DNA of 64,000 bases. Origin: an uncultured Spirochaetota bacterium (GTDB lineage: Bacteria; Spirochaetota; Spirochaetia; SZUA-6; Fen-1364). Position numbers and translations under genes: made by a program. The notes under the pieces were generated by a model, which saw only the letters and a program-made list of their open reading frames with translations, was not told the origin of the DNA and made no database searches. Position 1 is the first letter of the stretch, and each line of letters begins with the position of its first letter. Of this stretch, positions 36,594 to 45,750 are shown one piece after another. The stretch spans positions 64,001 to 128,000 of the forward strand of contig CAWJSK010000013.1 of NCBI GenBank assembly GCA_963845535.1. The letters run 5' to 3'.

Positions 36594-39299
36594 CTATTTC
36601 GTCGTCAGGTTGAAGACGCCGTCCCAGTTGGCAGCGGGCGGTTTCACCAGGAAGTCCTGGCACGACTTGACGTACCGCTGCGCCGGGCCGTCATTCGGCA
36701 GGACGCGCAGCGCTTCCTCGAAGGTGGCCCGCGCCCGCGCCCAGTCTTTCTGCTCGAATTGCTCCAACCCGCGGTGGAAGATTTCGACGGCTTGCACCAC
36801 CGCTTTCTCAGCTTTGCCTTTTTCCTCGATCAGCTCAAAAAGCCTGACGGGCTGAGTGATGCCCACCACGCGCACGCGGTCGAGCTTGCGCGTCAGGAAG
36901 TCATCACCCAGGGAAGCCTGGGTGGCGTCGCTTGTCAGAATCCAGGTCCCGTACTGCTTGTTGACGCCTTCCAGGCGCGAGGCGAGGTTCACCGAGCTTC
37001 CCATCATCGTATAGTCCATCCTTTTCAGCGTGCCCATGTTCCCCACGGTCATCTCACCGGTGTTGATGCCGACCCGCGTGTGCAGCTCCGCAGGAGACAG
37101 CTTTTCCGCAAGGAACTTCTGGTTGAGCGCCGTCTCCGCTCTTTTGATGCGGATTGCGGCCATGCATGCGCGGCGCGCGTGGTCCGGGAGATCCACGGGC
37201 GCGCCGAAGAATGAAATGATTGCATCCCCTTCGTATTTGTCGATGGTGCCCCGCACGTCGAGGATGATGTCGCTCATCTCCGTGAGGTAGAGGTTGACCA
37301 GGTGAACCAGCGCGCCAGGATCCAGGACCTCAGAGACCGTAGAGAATCCCTTGATGTCCGTGAACATGGCGGTCAGGACTTTCTTTTCACCGCCAAGGTT
37401 CAGCTTCTCAGGGTTGGCCAGCAGGTCGGTGATGACCTCAGATGAAAGATAGTGCGCCCAGGCGTTGCGCACGAAGCTCTTCTCTCTCTCCGTTCGGAGG
37501 AACTTCACCGCGGTAAAGGCAAGGAAAGTGAGAAAAACGGAAGCCGTGGAGGTGAGCGCATCCGCATAGATTCCCGTAAGGAGGAAAAAGACGATGAAGA
37601 GGCCGAAAAGCACCACCACGCTGGAAGCTCCAACCACCAGAGAGCGCAAGGCGTCCAGGTTGATGATTGCAAGCGTCACGGCAAATGACAGGATCAGGGC
37701 GATGAGAATCCCGTACCACCACGGCAGCTGATTGAGAAACCGGCCTTGCAGGATGGTGTTCACCACGGACGCATGCGTGCCCACGTTCACATACTGGCCC
37801 ACAAACGGATTCACCCCGATATCCGTGGTCGAAGTGGCGGTAATCCCGATGATGCAGAACGAGCCCGGCAGGTTCTTCGCCAGGATGTCCCGGGTCTTCG
37901 TAAGGTTGTCATAGACGCCGCGGGTTTCCGCGAAGACCTTCGGCACTTCCTGTTTCACCGCTTCCGCGTTTGCGCGGTCACTCTTTGCCAGGCGCGCGTT
38001 TGCAAGGACTTTGTCGATATCCGCGGTGATGCGGCTCTCAGCGTCGCCGCCCAGGAACTGCCCCACCGCGTCGAAGAACGCTATGCGGGCCTTCTTGTAC
38101 GTGTCCATGGATGAGAGATCACCCCCGCCGAGCATGTCGTTCTTCAACCCTTCGCAGTAATTGTACATGTCGAGGAGGGCGGTTTGTCCCTTGTAGTAGG
38201 AAAGGTACCCGGATTGGTCCATCAGCTTGAGGTTGTAGACCAGGTCTTCCTCGAGCTGCCTGTGGTACACCAGTTCATAGAAGCTCAAGTGCCGGAAGCT
38301 GTTGAGATAGGTATGCGGAGACCAGTTGATCATGAAGAGCCCGTCGGGCGCAAGGGGGATGGCGATATCCTTGTCCCCGCCTTCGGGAAGATGTGCTCCC
38401 TTCAACAATATCTGGCCTCTTTTCAAGACGATGGCCGGATCTCCCAGCCAATCCAGGAGAGGCCGAAAGGCGAGCTGGGCGAAGTATTTCCCTTGATACG
38501 ATTTGATCAGGTCGATCCGGCGCCTCACGCCGTCCGGGTCCACAACGACGTTGGGGAATCCTGCGCCGCGCGCCCCCTGGAGGACGGGAAGAATGGCCGG
38601 ATTCAGTGACGCCGCCTCGCGAACGGGATCAGACTGCACCGTCACGTTTTTCAGCGCAAGGTTGTCGAACGCGAATTGCGCGAGGTCCGTGTTTGCGTTC
38701 TCATCAGGGGCGTCGGGAGCGGCAACCGTGAAATAGGCGGAGCCGAAGAACCGCGCCGCCTTGCCGAGGTACGCGTCGTTGTCCCGCTCCACGCTCTTCA
38801 CATCGTTCAAGAGCTTGACTTTTTCCTGGTCGGTGAAGCCCTGCAGATCGGACACGGCCCCGGGAACGTCCCTGATGGGCAGGGTCCCCGAGCGGATAGC
38901 GTCGGAGAGCTGCTGGAGGTTGGTCTGTATCTGGGAGAACTCCTGGTTGAATGCGTCAGGAACGGTCTGGCGCAGCGCAAACGTATCCAGCCCCCGGGGG
39001 CTCTTGTTGACGTACTCGATATCGAAGACCGCTTGAGCGGCGCCGAACTCCCGCATGAGGATGAGGCCGTTTGCCATGACGTCCCTGCTCCACGGCCACT
39101 GTCCGACTTTCGAGATGGCAATATCATCCACGTCGAGCAGGAGGATGGAAGGATTCTCCGCCACGGCCGGCTTCACGTGCAGGAACAGGTCGTAGACACG
39201 CTGCTCGATCCTGTTCATTGCCCCCACGGCAGCAAGGACAAAGAACAAGACCACGACCGAGGCCGGGATGATGAAGTCGAAGCGGTTCTTCGAGAACAT
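36594..39299 (-). CDS. CHASE2-domain class III adenylate cyclase with TPR-like C-terminus
   Basis: GQWPWSR and DPDGVRR (CHASE2), three TMs, FTDIKGFS, IDKYEGD (Lys = ATP specificity), RMDYTMMGSSVNLASRLEG, WDGVFNLTTK. Confidence 0.92.
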   Translation of the reverse strand: MFSKNRFDFIIPASVVVLFFVLAAVGAMNRIEQRVYDLFLHVKPAVAENPSILLLDVDDIAISKVGQWPWSRDVMANGLILMREFGAAQAVFDIEYVNKSPRGLDTFALRQTVPDAFNQEFSQIQTNLQQLSDAIRSGTLPIRDVPGAVSDLQGFTDQEKVKLLNDVKSVERDNDAYLGKAARFFGSAYFTVAAPDAPDENANTDLAQFAFDNLALKNVTVQSDPVREAASLNPAILPVLQGARGAGFPNVVVDPDGVRRRIDLIKSYQGKYFAQLAFRPLLDWLGDPAIVLKRGQILLKGAHLPEGGDKDIAIPLAPDGLFMINWSPHTYLNSFRHLSFYELVYHRQLEEDLVYNLKLMDQSGYLSYYKGQTALLDMYNYCEGLKNDMLGGGDLSSMDTYKKARIAFFDAVGQFLGGDAESRITADIDKVLANARLAKSDRANAEAVKQEVPKVFAETRGVYDNLTKTRDILAKNLPGSFCIIGITATSTTDIGVNPFVGQYVNVGTHASVVNTILQGRFLNQLPWWYGILIALILSFAVTLAIINLDALRSLVVGASSVVVLFGLFIVFFLLTGIYADALTSTASVFLTFLAFTAVKFLRTEREKSFVRNAWAHYLSSEVITDLLANPEKLNLGGEKKVLTAMFTDIKGFSTVSEVLDPGALVHLVNLYLTEMSDIILDVRGTIDKYEGDAIISFFGAPVDLPDHARRACMAAIRIKRAETALNQKFLAEKLSPAELHTRVGINTGEMTVGNMGTLKRMDYTMMGSSVNLASRLEGVNKQYGTWILTSDATQASLGDDFLTRKLDRVRVVGITQPVRLFELIEEKGKAEKAVVQAVEIFHRGLEQFEQKDWARARATFEEALRVLPNDGPAQRYVKSCQDFLVKPPAANWDGVFNLTTK

Positions 39300-39432
39300 G
39301 AAAACCTCCGCCGTCAGGGAATCCTGTTGTCTGGCTCCGAGAGTAGCACATCCGCAACAGGAATCCTATGACGGCGCGCCGCCCACCGTCGACGCCGCGG
39401 CCGGGACCGAAGGTGAAAAAAAAGTGTTCTCA

Positions 39433-39462
39433 TTTCGTCCCGATCGATCGATCTGGACGAAA
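39433..39462. promoter_or_regulatory. 30-bp near-perfect palindrome upstream of the FN3 lipoprotein
   Basis: TTTCGTCC-C-GATCGATCGATC-T-GGACGAAA, with one mismatched pair. Confidence 0.7.
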
Positions 39463-39517
39463 GCTGCCTCCGATTCCTCTAGATTCTGTGTAACTCAAAA
39501 CTTTGGAGGAGAGCAGA

Positions 39518-40792
39518 ATGAAAGCACGGTTCCTTCTTCCGGCAGCCATGATCCTCTTGGCATCGGTCCTGCCCGTTCTCACCGGCTGTGGCGGAGGCGG
39601 CGGCGGTGACGGCGCCGGGGCGCCTTCGGCTCCGGTGATCCAGGCGACTCCCGGAAATGCGCAGGTAACAGTAACGTGGTCCGCCGTCTCAGGGGCGACA
39701 TCGTACAACCTTTACTGGTCCACGAACGCCGGCGTTACGACAACGAACGGGAACAAGATCGTGGGCGCCAGCAGCCCCTATGTTCATTCTTCTCGTACAA
39801 ACAACCAGAGGTACTACTACATCGCTACGGCGGCAAGCTCAGGAGGCGAATCCGCTGCATCTCCCGAGGTCAGCGCGGTACCGGCCACCAATCCTGCTCC
39901 TGCCTCTCCATCGATATCTGCCGAAGCGGTGAGCACCACGGCGGTGACCATCAGCTGGCCCGCGGTGAGCGGGGCTGCCTCATATAACCTCTATTATGGA
40001 ACGAGCCCCGGCGTCACGACGAGCGGAACAAAGGTCGCCGGGATCACAAGCCCGTACACCCAACTTGGGCTCACGTGCGGCACGAAGTACTACTTCGTGG
40101 CTACGGCAGTGAGCGCCGCGGCAAGCGAATCAACCACGTCTTCTGAGGTGGGCGCGACCCCCGCCCCGTACATCAAAGCGTTGGTTTTTGTCAACTCGGA
40201 TGGAACACCTATCAACGAACAAGTCTGGGTCAATGCTTCCAGCACGGGTTCGACCATCTCCACCGGCGCCACGGTTACGCTGATCGTGAACGGCATAGCA
40301 AACAGCATTCCATGGAGCGCGTCGAACAATAGCTTTAGCGGTGGTGCAGCGGTACCGGCTGGCGCTTCGATTGTCGTCAACGTGACCTACAGCGGAGTCA
40401 CCTATAGCGCGTCGGCGACTCAATATTCTTCGTATCCAACCGTGAGTCAGCCGACACCGGGCGCTGCCTGGGATCACATGACTGGCAATACCATTGTGTG
40501 GTCAGGAGGGTCACCGACAACGGGCTCGTCCATCCTTGCCGCAGTCATCGGCAGCTCGGGCATTGCCTGGCCGCTTTCGAGCACGAATCCCCAGGAAGTT
40601 CCGATTGGCGCCGGCGGGGCGACGGTTCCCCCAATGATCCTGACGGCAGGCGGCGCCATTGTGCTCGTTGGAATTGCAACAACGGGATCAGTGAGCGACG
40701 GGGCCGTTGATGGGATTGCTTTCAGCAAAACGCTTCCCCACTCAAGTTTGTACGTGGGAGGCGGCGTCATGATTCCCATCATAGTCAATTAA
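39518..40792 (+). CDS. Fibronectin type III repeat lipoprotein, S/T-rich
   Basis: Lipobox VLTGC followed by poly-Gly. Two FN3 repeats (VTVTWSAVSGATSYNLYW...YYYIATA; VTISWPAVSGAASYNLYY...YYFVATA). Confidence 0.88.
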   Translation: MKARFLLPAAMILLASVLPVLTGCGGGGGGDGAGAPSAPVIQATPGNAQVTVTWSAVSGATSYNLYWSTNAGVTTTNGNKIVGASSPYVHSSRTNNQRYYYIATAASSGGESAASPEVSAVPATNPAPASPSISAEAVSTTAVTISWPAVSGAASYNLYYGTSPGVTTSGTKVAGITSPYTQLGLTCGTKYYFVATAVSAAASESTTSSEVGATPAPYIKALVFVNSDGTPINEQVWVNASSTGSTISTGATVTLIVNGIANSIPWSASNNSFSGGAAVPAGASIVVNVTYSGVTYSASATQYSSYPTVSQPTPGAAWDHMTGNTIVWSGGSPTTGSSILAAVIGSSGIAWPLSSTNPQEVPIGAGGATVPPMILTAGGAIVLVGIATTGSVSDGAVDGIAFSKTLPHSSLYVGGGVMIPIIVN

Positions 40793-40871
40793 GGAAAAGT
40801 TCAGTCTCGAGGGGGGGCTTTCCGCAAGGTTGGCTCCCCTTTCCCGGCACGTTCTGCTACAGTGGCCCCTG

Positions 40872-42086
40872 ATGCGGACACACGGAGTGCGGGGAGCGGC
40901 GTGGACGAACTACGTGCTTCTCTTTGCAAGCTATGCCATCCTGACCCCCTACCTGCAGCTGTTTCTCAAGGCGCGCGGCCTGCCGCTTTCGCGGATAGGG
41001 CTCCTCCTGGGAATCCTGGAGTTGGCGGGCATTGGCGGCCCCATCATTCTCAGCCATTTGGCTGACAGGCGCTCAGCGTATCGCTTCCTCTTGTTCGCGG
41101 GCCTCCTCGTTTCCATCTTTGCGTTCATTCCCCTGCAGCTGACCACGGCTCTACCCGTGTTCCTTGTCTGCATTGCGCTCATGGGGTTCTCATATCGCGC
41201 GGCCATCCCTCTTCTGGATTCCCTTCTCGGAAGGATACTCCCCGAGCCGTCGCGCCAGTACGGCGGCCTGCGCGTGGCGGGGAGCATCAGCTTCACCGTG
41301 GTGTCTCTTCTCCTTCAGCTTACCGGGGCAATCTCCGGAGATTCCTCGGTTTCCGTCCTGGTTGCATTTGGTGCGGCCACGGCGCTTGCGGCCATGGCAA
41401 TCTGGTTGATCCCTGCCCCTCCCGCGGTGCGCGCCCGTAATGACACCGTCCCCGTGAAAGACGGCGACGGCCTGGATGCAAAGTTCTGGACGGTGATCGG
41501 GATCATTTTTCTGGGGCGCTTCGGGCTGGGAGCGTACTACTCGTTCTTCTCCCTGTACTTGCATGACACGTTCGGCCTTTCCGGCATCGGCCTTCTCTGG
41601 GCGATAGGATCACTGGCCGAGATTCCCATGGTATTTTTCTCAGGCGCCTTGATTGCGAGGCTCGGCATCAGGGTGCTCCTTGCCGTGTCTCTCGCCGCAA
41701 TAAGCCTCAGGCTCGGGATGTTCATCCTTGCCCCGTCCATCCTCGTGGTCGCGCTGGCCCAGCTTCTTCACGCCTTCACGTTCGGGACGTTTCACACGGC
41801 GAGCGTCGCATACGTGAATGCCCGAGTGGCCCCGGCGCGCAGGGGGATGGGGATGGCGATATACAACTCGGTGGGCGGCGGGCTCTCTACGTTCCTGGCT
41901 GCCGTGTTGGGGGGATATTTCCTCGAGTCGCACAGCTACCGGTCGCTTTTCTTCCTTTATGCGCTCGTGCCGCTGGCGGGAGTCATTGCGCTCGCGATCT
42001 TCGGAAAGCGGATCCTGCCTCCCGCGCACTCGTTGCGCGGGAGCACCGGCGTCAGACGTACCCCAGCAGCTTCGCCTTTGCGTTGA
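40872..42086 (+). CDS. MFS transporter (NHS/HcaT-like)
   Basis: PYLQLFL, YGGLRVAGS, AEIPMVFF, QLLHAFTFG. About 12 TMs. Confidence 0.85.
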   Translation: MRTHGVRGAAWTNYVLLFASYAILTPYLQLFLKARGLPLSRIGLLLGILELAGIGGPIILSHLADRRSAYRFLLFAGLLVSIFAFIPLQLTTALPVFLVCIALMGFSYRAAIPLLDSLLGRILPEPSRQYGGLRVAGSISFTVVSLLLQLTGAISGDSSVSVLVAFGAATALAAMAIWLIPAPPAVRARNDTVPVKDGDGLDAKFWTVIGIIFLGRFGLGAYYSFFSLYLHDTFGLSGIGLLWAIGSLAEIPMVFFSGALIARLGIRVLLAVSLAAISLRLGMFILAPSILVVALAQLLHAFTFGTFHTASVAYVNARVAPARRGMGMAIYNSVGGGLSTFLAAVLGGYFLESHSYRSLFFLYALVPLAGVIALAIFGKRILPPAHSLRGSTGVRRTPAASPLR

Positions 42087-43359
42087 GCTCCGCCCTGAAG
42101 TCGGGGTGGGCAACCGCAATCAGCTCCCGCACGCGCTCCCGCACCGTGCGGCCTCGAAGGCGCGCAATGCCATGCTCCGTCACGACGATGTCCACGTTGG
42201 ACCGATGCAGCGTCACGGCGGTTCCCTCGGGAAGAGCCGGCACGATGGTGGAAACCGTGCCCCCCTTGGCCGTGCTGTAGCAGGCGATGATCGATTTGCC
42301 CGCGCCGTCCAGGCCTTCCACGGCGCCGATGGCTGTGTCTGCCTGTCCGCCGGTTCCCGAATACTGGGTGGGGCCAATTGATTCGCTTGCCACCTGGCCG
42401 GTGAGGTCCACCATGAGGCACGTGTTCACGGAAACCATCTTCGTGTTCTGCCGAATCACGGCGGGGTCATTCACCCATCTGCCGCGCTCGAACTGGACAG
42501 CCACGTTGTCATCCAGCCAGTCGTAGAGCTTGCGGGACCCCATGGAGAAGCAGCAGACGAACTTCCCTTTCAGGAGGCCCTTGCACTGGTTGGTGACGAC
42601 CCCCATCTCGTAGAGCTCCATCATGGAGTCCACCATCATTTCCGTGTGAACGCCGAGGTTGCGCTTGTCCCGGAGGGCGAGCGCGGCGGCGTTGGGGATG
42701 CCGCCAATTCCCAGTTGGAGCGTGCTCCCGTCCTCCACCAGCTCTGCAATGTGCCCGCCGATTGCGAGGTCCGTCTCTGACGGGGACGGGGAGGGGAGAG
42801 TCGGCACGTCCTGGTCATGCTCCACGAAATGATCCACGGCGGAGACGTGGACCTGCGTGTCCCCGAAGGTGCGGGGAAGCCGGGTGTTCACTTCGAGCAC
42901 CACGATCTTTGCGGCTTCGATCACGTCTTTCTCATACGTGATGCCCAGGGAAAGGGACACGTAGCCGTGCCTGTCCGGCGGAGTGCAGGTCCCGAAGAAA
43001 ACGTCGGGACTGTGCGCGTGGATCCGGTCAGCGGCGGCGCGGTGGAGCATGTTCGGCACGTACGTCACGGTGCCAGTCCCGGCTTTCAGCGCCTCACGGG
43101 AACCGGGGGCATGGAACCACGAGGCAAGCTCGAAGCGCCCCTTCATCTCGGGCCGCCTGTAGAAGTCGTACGGTTTGAGCGTGAGGACGGAAAAGACCCG
43201 CACGTCCTCCACCGAGTCCGCAACGATGTGAAATCGGGACATGCAGCCCTGGGGCTCTGAGGCGCACTGCGCCACAATGACGTCGTTTCCGCTCCTGATC
43301 CTGGACACCGCGGTGTCGATGTCCTCGAGCTTCCTCTCGTACTCGTCCTTCCACTGCAT
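42052..43359 (-). CDS. Acetyl-CoA hydrolase/transferase (4-hydroxybutyrate CoA-transferase-like)
   Basis: TLQLGIGGIPNA, LGVHTEM, VDLTGQVASE, SGTGGQAD, VVTEHG. Confidence 0.9.
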   Translation of the reverse strand: MQWKDEYERKLEDIDTAVSRIRSGNDVIVAQCASEPQGCMSRFHIVADSVEDVRVFSVLTLKPYDFYRRPEMKGRFELASWFHAPGSREALKAGTGTVTYVPNMLHRAAADRIHAHSPDVFFGTCTPPDRHGYVSLSLGITYEKDVIEAAKIVVLEVNTRLPRTFGDTQVHVSAVDHFVEHDQDVPTLPSPSPSETDLAIGGHIAELVEDGSTLQLGIGGIPNAAALALRDKRNLGVHTEMMVDSMMELYEMGVVTNQCKGLLKGKFVCCFSMGSRKLYDWLDDNVAVQFERGRWVNDPAVIRQNTKMVSVNTCLMVDLTGQVASESIGPTQYSGTGGQADTAIGAVEGLDGAGKSIIACYSTAKGGTVSTIVPALPEGTAVTLHRSNVDIVVTEHGIARLRGRTVRERVRELIAVAHPDFRAELNAKAKLLGYV

Positions 43360-43370
43360 CTTTTTCCTCC

Positions 43371-44381
43371 TCACAGCCTGAGCAGGTTCGCGCCGACTGC
43401 CAGGCCCGCGCCGGAAGCCACAAGAATTATCGCGTCCCCTTTTTTCACCCTGCCCTCGCTCAGGGCCGTGTGCAGCGCCATGGGGACGCACGCGGACCCC
43501 GTATAGCCGTAGCGGTCCATGATGCACGTGGTCTTGGAAAGCGGAAGCCCGAGGACCTCCATGACCTGGTGTATGACCGACCTGTTGATCTGGGTGAAAA
43601 GAAAATGGTCCACCTGCTCCAACCGCCATCCCGCTTTGTCCAGAAGACGCCTGACCAGAGGCGGCCAGAGCTTCACGTTGCGGTCACCGGGAAGCTTCTG
43701 CAGCAGCTCGAGCCCCCATGCGCCGGCTTCAAGGAGGTCCCGGGTCACCGGCTTGCGGGTCCCGCCTGCATAGACTCCCACGTAGTTCCATTGTGTTCCG
43801 TCAGCCTTGAGCACTCCGTCCACGTACCCGCTGGAGTCGCTGCTTTCCTCTCTGGCAAGGAGCACGGCACCCGCGCCGTCAGCGAAGATCGTCCAGCCGA
43901 ACTCGTCTTTGGGGCGCACGTAGGCCGGCATGTTGTAGACGCCCACAACAAGCGCGTAGCGGAGGGAGCGGTCCGTCATCATCATCCGGGAGACGGCATC
44001 CAGGGCAGTCACGAAGCTCGCGCAGGAGGCCCCGACGTCGAACGCCCCCGACTCCGTTTCTCCGCCCTGCAGCCTGCCCTGCAGCAGGATGGAGGTAGCC
44101 GGAGAGATGAACTCAGGGGTGTCCGTTGCAACGACAAAGAGCCCTACCTCTGCTGCTCTCACCCCGGCATCCTGGAGCGCGGCCCGGGCGGCTTTCTCCG
44201 CGAAGTCTGCCGTGGTTTCCGAAATCCCGCGCAGGCGCGCAATATGGCGCCTCGTGATGCCGATCTTCGACTCGAGGCGCTTCGCGTCGAACTGGAGCCC
44301 CGTCAGCCGCCCCAGCTCGGCGTTGTCGATTGGATCCCCCGGCGCGTAGAGCCCGGTCCCGACGATCTTCGCTGCGGCCAT
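43371..44381 (-). CDS. FabH/KAS III-like protein, catalytic His and Asn replaced
   Basis: ASCASF (Cys kept), FADGAGA. FLFTQIN in place of HQAN and YGYTGSA in place of GNT. Confidence 0.85.
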   Translation of the reverse strand: MAAAKIVGTGLYAPGDPIDNAELGRLTGLQFDAKRLESKIGITRRHIARLRGISETTADFAEKAARAALQDAGVRAAEVGLFVVATDTPEFISPATSILLQGRLQGGETESGAFDVGASCASFVTALDAVSRMMMTDRSLRYALVVGVYNMPAYVRPKDEFGWTIFADGAGAVLLAREESSDSSGYVDGVLKADGTQWNYVGVYAGGTRKPVTRDLLEAGAWGLELLQKLPGDRNVKLWPPLVRRLLDKAGWRLEQVDHFLFTQINRSVIHQVMEVLGLPLSKTTCIMDRYGYTGSACVPMALHTALSEGRVKKGDAIILVASGAGLAVGANLLRL

Positions 44382-44410
44382 GTCGCCCCCCTTTTCCAAT
44401 CCGGCGCCTC

Positions 44411-45560
44411 TCAATCCGGCGCGCCCCAGTCCGGCACGTCGGAAAACCCGCGCGACACGTAGGCGCCAATGGCTTCCACCGTTGTACGCGCGTTCAACGG
44501 CGTCATGTTGAAGGCGGCCTCGATGCCGAAGTAGTGCGCAATCCCCAGGAGAAACTCGATGCACGTCCCCTGGTCCGCATCCCCGTTGCCTTCAGGGTTC
44601 TTGCGGTAGCCTTCCACAAAGTGCCCGTAGTATTCCCGCACGGCGGCGGGAAGGATGAACTCAGCCTCGCGGACGATGGGATAACAATCCCTGTCGATGG
44701 TGAGATACACGAGCCAAAGCCACAGTCCGCGCAGCTCGCGCTCCAGCCTGTTCAGGGGCGCCCCGTCCGCGGCCGGGAGGTTGCGGGCAATGAACTGGCG
44801 CACGTCGTGGCCCACCATGCGGATCAGCTCCGCGAAGTAGGCTTCCTTGGATTCGAAATGGTTGTAGAAAGCCCCCACGGACAGCTCTGCAAGGTCCGTG
44901 ATCTCATGGATGTTCGTTTCGAAGAACCCCTTCCCGCCAAAGAGGCGCTTGCCGGCCCGCAGGAGACGGTCACGGGCTCCCTCCTCGAGGTTGATCGGCT
45001 GAGGGGTCGCGGTTCCCCCGAAGACTCTCGAGGCGTCGAAGGTCATCCCGCGAAAAAGGCCGGGCAGAGAGGATCTCCACAAGGTCTTCCTCCCGGATTG
45101 CCACGCCGTGAAGGGCGGATCGAATGGCACAGAAGCGCACGCCTCCCACGGCAAAGAGATATTCGGGAAGCCCGATCTCTTTTCCCAGGACGGTAGAAAG
45201 GCTCTGCTGGTAGATTGCCATCAACCTTCGTTCGTATTCGAAGAGTCGGTACTGGCCTTCTCGAAATACCGTGACAAGCTCCTTGTGATCCCGAGAGAAG
45301 CTGACAACGGCCTGGACGAGGGAGCGGATGCGGTCACGCTTGCTCGAGCCGCCGGGCTCGGCAACCGCGTCGCGAATCATCGACAGTACTTGCTCGAGTA
45401 TCTTTCGGAAAAGCGCTTCCTTGCCATCGAAATACCTGTAGAACACGCCGTTTGAGAGACCTGCTTTTCGACAGATGGCCGCCACTGACACCGTTCCGTA
45501 CCAGCTATGTGAAAAGAGGCTTACGGCTGATTCGATCAAGCGCTCTTCAGTTCCATTCAT
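44411..45560 (-). CDS. Tandem double-TetR regulator; apparent 1-bp frameshift near 45063
   Basis: Two TetR HTHs (ICRKAGLSNGVFYRYF; ITDLAELSVGAFYNHF) in overlapping ORFs. Removing one C from GCCCGG joins them (LSAGLFRGM). Confidence 0.8.
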
Positions 45561-45578
45561 TCAAGGCTGTCCCATCTG

Positions 45579-45719
45579 TGAGAGATGATTCACTATTGTG
45601 ACGCATTATAGCCTTGCAATGGCCACAATACAACAGGAAAAGCGCCAAACAGCAAATATTCGACAAAAATAATGCTTGACAACTGCTATTTCCTAGCATA
45701 AAAAAATGAGAGGCGATTC
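45579..45719. promoter_or_regulatory. Divergent promoters with a repeated TGAGAG-nn-GATTC site (candidate TetR operators)
   Basis: Minus strand TTGTAT-17bp-TATAAT (45605-45633). Plus strand TTGACA(45676)-17bp-TAAAAA. TGAGAGatGATTC at 45579 and TGAGAGgcGATTC at 45707, each just downstream of a promoter. Confidence 0.6.
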
Positions 45720-45750
45720 GGTCGTCATTCAACCGAAGGGGTGCTGGGGA

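Noticed and set aside
39410..39432. CRP/Clr cAMP-receptor box near the cyclase
   Set aside because: The GTGA...TCA spacing does not match TGTGA-N6-TCACA.
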